Of a DNA stretch of 64,000 bases, positions 59,571-64,000 are shown piece by piece. Source of the stretch: a phage; the NCBI GenBank assembly GCA_020619395.1, contig GCA_020619395.1_4860.1. The stretch is one strand, 5' to 3'. A model generated the notes under the pieces. The model saw only the letters and a program-made list of their open reading frames with translations, made no database searches and had not been told where the DNA came from. Numbering within the stretch: position 1 is the first letter of the stretch; each line of letters begins with the position of its first letter. The translations under genes were made by a program, and so were the position numbers.

Positions 59571-59972
59571 ATGGCAATTGGATTAAAAGAACTGAATAAC
59601 CGATTAAACGCGATCGATGCAAACGCTTTAAAGAACACCACGAATGTGCAAAACTACATTCGCAATAAAGCTACGAATAACGCCGACTTGTTCGCAGGTC
59701 AAGGCCGTTCGCACTATGACTGTGGTGGCACATGCTCTTTTAGTTGCTCGAGTTGTTCTGGCGGGTGTACTGGGTCTGCTACGGGCGGTTGTGGGTCGAC
59801 TTGTTCCGCAAACTGTGTATCGGGCTGTAGCAGTAGCTGTACGGGCTGTAGCTCTTCGTGCTCGGGTGGTTGTAGCGGAACGTGTACTGGTAACTGTTCT
59901 GGGGGTTGTGGTAAATCCTGCTCCGCAAACTGCTCCGGCGCGTGTTCTGGTGGTTGTTCAGGTCCTAACTGA
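59571..59972 (+). CDS. Cys/Ser/Gly-rich precursor-like peptide B (paralogue, 20 Cys)
   Basis: 133 aa; SD ggggga; leader homologous to A; core DCGGTCSFSCS...; C-terminus near-identical to A. Confidence 0.65.
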   Translation: MAIGLKELNNRLNAIDANALKNTTNVQNYIRNKATNNADLFAGQGRSHYDCGGTCSFSCSSCSGGCTGSATGGCGSTCSANCVSGCSSSCTGCSSSCSGGCSGTCTGNCSGGCGKSCSANCSGACSGGCSGPN

Positions 59973-59983
59973 CGGAGGCTTAT

Positions 59984-60190
59984 GTGATCAGTCTCAAGAC
60001 TATTCGAAACCGTCTCGTTACGGTAGAAGGTTACATTACAACCGCACAGGCAAACAACTATATCGCTAACCAGGGCACCGTGTCGACCACAAATAACCTG
60101 GCTGGCTTACCGCTTTCTCACTATAACTGTAATGGTGGGTGTAGCTGGTCCTGCAGCGGAAGCTGTAGCCGTGGAGCGGGGAATCGATAA
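59984..60190 (+). CDS. Cys-rich precursor-like peptide C (short core, 5 Cys)
   Basis: 68 aa; GTG start with SD ggagg; leader homologous to A/B (LK-x-IRNRL); core NCNGGCSWSCSGSCS. Confidence 0.5.
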   Translation: MISLKTIRNRLVTVEGYITTAQANNYIANQGTVSTTNNLAGLPLSHYNCNGGCSWSCSGSCSRGAGNR

Positions 60191-60212
60191 CAGAAAACGT
60201 TCGGAGTATTAA

Positions 60213-61100
60213 ATGAAAAACGATTTGCATCTTGCGTATAAAACCACATTCAACCACCCGCTGCATCTATCTTCCCCAGATTCAGTGCGTGCGCACCTTG
60301 CTGACAAAGTCAGACTGATTGCACAGATTCCTGGTGAGTGGCCAAAGGTTCGTGGTCGCTTCTTGACCGACAAGAAGAACTACACCGTAGAAAATACGTT
60401 TAAGATCCGTGATATGGTTGCAGAGGCCATCGTTATCTTTAACGGCGATGGTAACTCTCGTGGCGTGTTAGTCGACGGTAAGTATTTCTTCAGTGAAGGG
60501 ATTTTGAACAACAGCGTCGATTTAGAACTGATGTTTACACCGTTTGACGAACTTGAAGCAAAACCGATGGCGCGCCGTTGGTGGAGTCCGGACTATCTGG
60601 GCTCGTTCCCTTACTACTTTGTACTGGTACCTGCCGATACGGAAACGTATTTCGACACCGAACCGTACATCGATATCGAGGGATATAAAGAACTCGGCAT
60701 CACCCGTTTAGCGGACATGATGGCGTATAGCTATAAGTTCGTGTGGGATAAAAAGCGTTCTGTCTGGTATGCGTTGACTGACGATTTTGAAATCACCAAA
60801 CGTATTCGTAAGCCGTGGATGCAACACCTGGTTCAAACCCGATATGGGGATTACCCGGCGACAGAAGCGGATTTGAGTAAGCTGGTAAGCTTCCTCTTAA
60901 CGAAGGTGGATTTAACGAAAGAAGAAGCAGAAGCTGTTTCTGAGATTCGTAGTCGTTCGGTAACGTTGGCCGATTTGAAACGCTTGAACGAAAGACACGC
61001 CGACCTGAACAAAATTTTAGCTGCCTATCACGACCCGATGTTACTGGTGCCTGGCGCTAATGTAGACGAAGATCCTTTATTCGCCATTGATTATATTTAA
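60213..61100 (+). CDS. hypothetical protein (cluster-associated, unknown function)
   Basis: 295-aa ORF with SD ggag, lying between precursor peptides and radical-SAM genes. Confidence 0.6.
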   Translation: MKNDLHLAYKTTFNHPLHLSSPDSVRAHLADKVRLIAQIPGEWPKVRGRFLTDKKNYTVENTFKIRDMVAEAIVIFNGDGNSRGVLVDGKYFFSEGILNNSVDLELMFTPFDELEAKPMARRWWSPDYLGSFPYYFVLVPADTETYFDTEPYIDIEGYKELGITRLADMMAYSYKFVWDKKRSVWYALTDDFEITKRIRKPWMQHLVQTRYGDYPATEADLSKLVSFLLTKVDLTKEEAEAVSEIRSRSVTLADLKRLNERHADLNKILAAYHDPMLLVPGANVDEDPLFAIDYI

Positions 61101-61122
61101 AAATATACTGGAGCAACCTGCA

Positions 61123-62037
61123 ATGACAGATCAAGTAGAATCCAGGATCTCGTCTGAACTGTACGACAAACCGTCAATTCTGTCGGTTGTCGCAACTTCT
61201 AAGTGTAACTTAGACTGTAGCTTCTGTGGAGGGGCTTATTACATGGATAGAGAAGATACTTCTCGTGAGTTTCAACGCGAAGAGATTCTCTCGATTTTAG
61301 AGAAGAATCCGGATATCGGTGAGATTCATTGGACGGGCGGTGAGCCGCTGTTAGCGCAGCGTAAGATTGAAGACTTCGTGAACGAGTTGAAGGAGTCTCA
61401 TCCGAACCTCCGTCATCACATGTACACCAACGGTTTAAAGATGCGTAAATCACATCTGCCGTTGCTGAAACAGTTCGACCTTATCTTTGTGTCCATTGAC
61501 GGCTACAAGAAGTCGGAACGTCCGTTTATGAACTTTGTAAACGGTGGTAATCACGAAGCGCTGGAAGTGCTGTACGAGCTGGACAACTATTACACCTGGG
61601 GTGTGATGACGCGTGACCAGTTAGGTGATAAACGCTGGTACGAAGATTTCATCGAGCTGCACCGAGCAATCTATCATTACCGTCCAGGTGGTGTGTCGTT
61701 GTTGTTTGATGCGATGATGCCGAAACCGTTATCGCCAGACCACGTCATGAACTTCATGTACGGGTATTGGAAAATACTCGACAATATCGAACGCCTTAAC
61801 ATGCAGAACGATTCTGAATGTGGGCTCGCGATCAGTAAAATGTTCGATACCGAGTGCAACACGTGCAGTGAAGTGCTGTGGCTTAACGCCGACGGTACGC
61901 AGGAGCAAATTCAGAACGCCCCAGAGATATTGGAAGTCGGCTGTAATCGCCTGGCGCGTTCTATCGGCGTTGATGCGTATAACTACATCAACCGTGTAAT
62001 TTCTGCTAAGCGTAAACGGGCGGCGAACAATGAGTAA
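61123..62037 (+). CDS. radical SAM enzyme (peptide-maturase-like)
   Basis: CNLDCSFC (CxxxCxxC) near N-terminus, GGEPLL SAM-binding motif, C-terminal extra Cys (ECG...CNTC...GC); ATG 61123 with SD tggag. Confidence 0.8.
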   Translation: MTDQVESRISSELYDKPSILSVVATSKCNLDCSFCGGAYYMDREDTSREFQREEILSILEKNPDIGEIHWTGGEPLLAQRKIEDFVNELKESHPNLRHHMYTNGLKMRKSHLPLLKQFDLIFVSIDGYKKSERPFMNFVNGGNHEALEVLYELDNYYTWGVMTRDQLGDKRWYEDFIELHRAIYHYRPGGVSLLFDAMMPKPLSPDHVMNFMYGYWKILDNIERLNMQNDSECGLAISKMFDTECNTCSEVLWLNADGTQEQIQNAPEILEVGCNRLARSIGVDAYNYINRVISAKRKRAANNE

Positions 62038-63358
62038 TAGCGAACAGCAAATCCAGTACACACCACGCACGTATCAGGTTGTGACTAACCTGTCATGTAA
62101 CCTGGACTGCGAATACTGCTACGAGCGTAAATATCCGCGTAACAACAAAGTAGCAGACGTGATTGATTTTATCCACGCTTGTTTCGAGCGCGATAAAGAT
62201 ATCCCGAACGTTGAAGTCATCATCGATATCATCGGTGGTGAGCCGTTCATGCAGCCTAAACTTCTTTTGGCGGCCTTTGAAACCGCAGAGAAGTTATGCG
62301 CAGAACACAATCGCCCGTATATGTTCAGTATCTCCACGAACGGTACGCTTCTGGACCGTCCGCTGAACAAAGAAATTATCGAGCGCTGGAAAGACAAACT
62401 GTCTATTGGGGTCTCCATCGATGGTTTACCTGAAGTCCATGACAAATATCGTATCTTTACCACGACGCGTGAAGGGTCGTACGAAGCTGCGGTACGCGGT
62501 TACAATTATCTGAAGAGTGTTGGCATCGCTGAACTGGGCGTAAAAGCGACGTTTACGATCGATACATTGCCGCACTATGCCGCCAGCATGAAATCGTTAA
62601 TTGACATGTCCGGCGGTGGTACCATTTCTGGTAATGTAACGTACGAAGATATCCTGCCGCGCCATATGGCGTTGGATATCGCGAACCAGATGATGGACGT
62701 GATGGACTACTGGATTGAGAAGGGTCTGCACACCAACCCGCGTAACACGATTACACACATCATCCCGGATGGCCTGAACTTTATGGCAACTTGGGACCCG
62801 GATTGGCGTGACAAACTCTTACACGACGACTCTGTTCGTCTCGACCCAGAACGCCTGAAACCGTACTGCGGTACGTTGACGCACATGACCTGTCTCGGCT
62901 TTGATCGCAAGATTTACGGTTGTAACCGTTTCATGTCCACGGTAACTTCCCGCTCTGCTGTAGCGGAACTGGTCGGTCGTGAGTTTGTGAGTCTGGACGG
63001 TGGTAAGCTGTTAGAAGAGATTCAAACGCAGTACACCAACTACCCAGAAACCTGTTTAGGGTGTCCGATGAAACACAGCTGCGGTAGCTGCGCAGCGGCA
63101 TCGTACGAAAACGGTGAAGGTACACTGGAAGACCGTAAAGCGTATCACGCCGAGCGTCGTCAGTGTGGTTGGACTACTGCGAAGCTGATGGCGGCGGAAT
63201 ATTGGTATCAGAAAACTGGTACGACTCGCGCATCAGATTTGCACGATAAATCCATGTGCTATTGTTCACGTTGTGTACGCCAACGTGCCGAAGCAGAAAA
63301 ATTACAAAACGGAGCCCAGAATGAAGTCAATACTGATTCACAATTTTACGAAGCGTAA
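62030..63358 (+). CDS. radical SAM/SPASM-domain enzyme (anSME/sactisynthase-like)
   Basis: CNLDCEYC (CxxxCxxC), GGEPF, C-terminal SPASM-type cluster CLGCPMKHSCGSC plus further Cys; start overlaps upstream stop (ATGAGTAATAG). Confidence 0.85.
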   Translation: MSNSEQQIQYTPRTYQVVTNLSCNLDCEYCYERKYPRNNKVADVIDFIHACFERDKDIPNVEVIIDIIGGEPFMQPKLLLAAFETAEKLCAEHNRPYMFSISTNGTLLDRPLNKEIIERWKDKLSIGVSIDGLPEVHDKYRIFTTTREGSYEAAVRGYNYLKSVGIAELGVKATFTIDTLPHYAASMKSLIDMSGGGTISGNVTYEDILPRHMALDIANQMMDVMDYWIEKGLHTNPRNTITHIIPDGLNFMATWDPDWRDKLLHDDSVRLDPERLKPYCGTLTHMTCLGFDRKIYGCNRFMSTVTSRSAVAELVGREFVSLDGGKLLEEIQTQYTNYPETCLGCPMKHSCGSCAAASYENGEGTLEDRKAYHAERRQCGWTTAKLMAAEYWYQKTGTTRASDLHDKSMCYCSRCVRQRAEAEKLQNGAQNEVNTDSQFYEA

Positions 63359-63887
63359 ACTGCACTTGGTCGATCGCTTCCTGCGCAAAAGCAAGCTGTA
63401 CAATGTGCACGCAATTGTGGCAGGGGAAGACTTCACTGATGAAATCCAAAGCCTGTTGATTAAATACGGGCTGAATGTGATGATCCCGGTCTACTGCGTT
63501 GAGAAAGGACACGAGTCTGTCGCGGAAATCGAAAAGCGCAACCCTGGCTTTGAGAAGCGACTGCTTGCATACCCACGCCACAAAATCGAACTGCTACGTC
63601 ACTCTATTGATGAAGCCAGTCCTGAAAGTTTAGTGGCATTGGGCTTGTCATTCCCGCGGATGCGTATTCGTAACTTACGCTCCAATAACCCGGTTGACGC
63701 TTATTACACAGAACGTCAAATCTTCGAAGAACACCTGCTCCCGCAGTTGGAAGAAGAAGAGCAACACAACATTTCTCTGTTGTGGGCCGGTAACCTCGAT
63801 CAGGACTTCCAGATGCTGGACTTCGGTTTGTTGTTAGAACTTGGCCTGATTGAGGAGGACGAATGTCTGTTACTGACAAAAGCTTAA
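63321..63887 (+). CDS. hypothetical protein
   Basis: about 188 aa from ATG 63321 with SD ggag (ORF track extends to 63273); start overlaps rSAM gene end. Confidence 0.5.
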   Translation: MKSILIHNFTKRKLHLVDRFLRKSKLYNVHAIVAGEDFTDEIQSLLIKYGLNVMIPVYCVEKGHESVAEIEKRNPGFEKRLLAYPRHKIELLRHSIDEASPESLVALGLSFPRMRIRNLRSNNPVDAYYTERQIFEEHLLPQLEEEEQHNISLLWAGNLDQDFQMLDFGLLLELGLIEEDECLLLTKA

Positions 63888-64000
63888 CGAACGAAGAGAT
63901 CCGCGCCCGTTATTTCCAGCGTGATTTGCCGATTGATCGTCACGGTAATTTCATGGAACGAATCGGTGCGCAGGATCAGGGTCGTACCGGATTTTGTGCA
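63862..64000 (+). CDS. hypothetical protein (3'-truncated by window edge)
   Basis: ATG 63862 preceded by SD gaggagga; open to end of window. Confidence 0.45.

Noticed and set aside
59358-60069. Alternative-frame ORFs (59358-59570, 59644-60069) overlapping the Cys-rich peptide genes
   Set aside because: They are frame-shifted readings of the GC-rich 12-nt repeats (Val/Ala/Leu-rich artefacts) with no independent ribosome-binding site; the Cys-rich frame has SD sequences and conserved leaders.
1-64000. Prophage boundaries, integrase, CRISPR array, rRNA genes
   Set aside because: No integrase or recombinase motifs, no direct-repeat/spacer arrays and no rRNA-like segments seen; gene content and density fit a lytic phage genome segment. 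tRNA genes cannot be excluded without a proper covariance-model scan.

Overview
This 64 kb window reads as a densely packed segment of a large tailed dsDNA phage genome (virulent-type; no integrase, transposase, rRNA or CRISPR array seen; tRNAs not searched rigorously by eye). Coordinates ~600-41800 are almost entirely minus-strand genes with short or overlapping junctions: mostly small proteins of unknown function, plus a thymidylate-synthase homologue with two large insertions, an RNase HI fusion protein, a DEDDh 3'-5' exonuclease, an SbcC/Rad50-like ATPase, a macro-domain protein, a putative spanin pair, a signal-peptide SLT-like protein and a tandem family of exported Cys-containing proteins. 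From ~41976 the genes switch to the plus strand: four consecutive tail-fibre genes (about 1237, 1376, 1727 and 400 aa) that share an N-terminal domain and T4 gp34-like fibre repeats. The most striking feature lies immediately downstream of the fibres (59168-63358): three paralogous leader-plus-core peptides with extremely Cys/Ser/Gly-rich cores (C-x3-C periodicity, up to 21 Cys), a 295-aa unknown protein and two translationally coupled radical-SAM enzymes, one with a clear SPASM Cys cluster. This looks like a RiPP-style (sactipeptide/ranthipeptide-like) maturation cassette embedded in a phage tail-fibre module. Also noted are a recurring palindromic intergenic motif (AGATAATATCT) and two families of stem-loop terminators. 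All calls are from reading motifs in the supplied translations; no database search was run.
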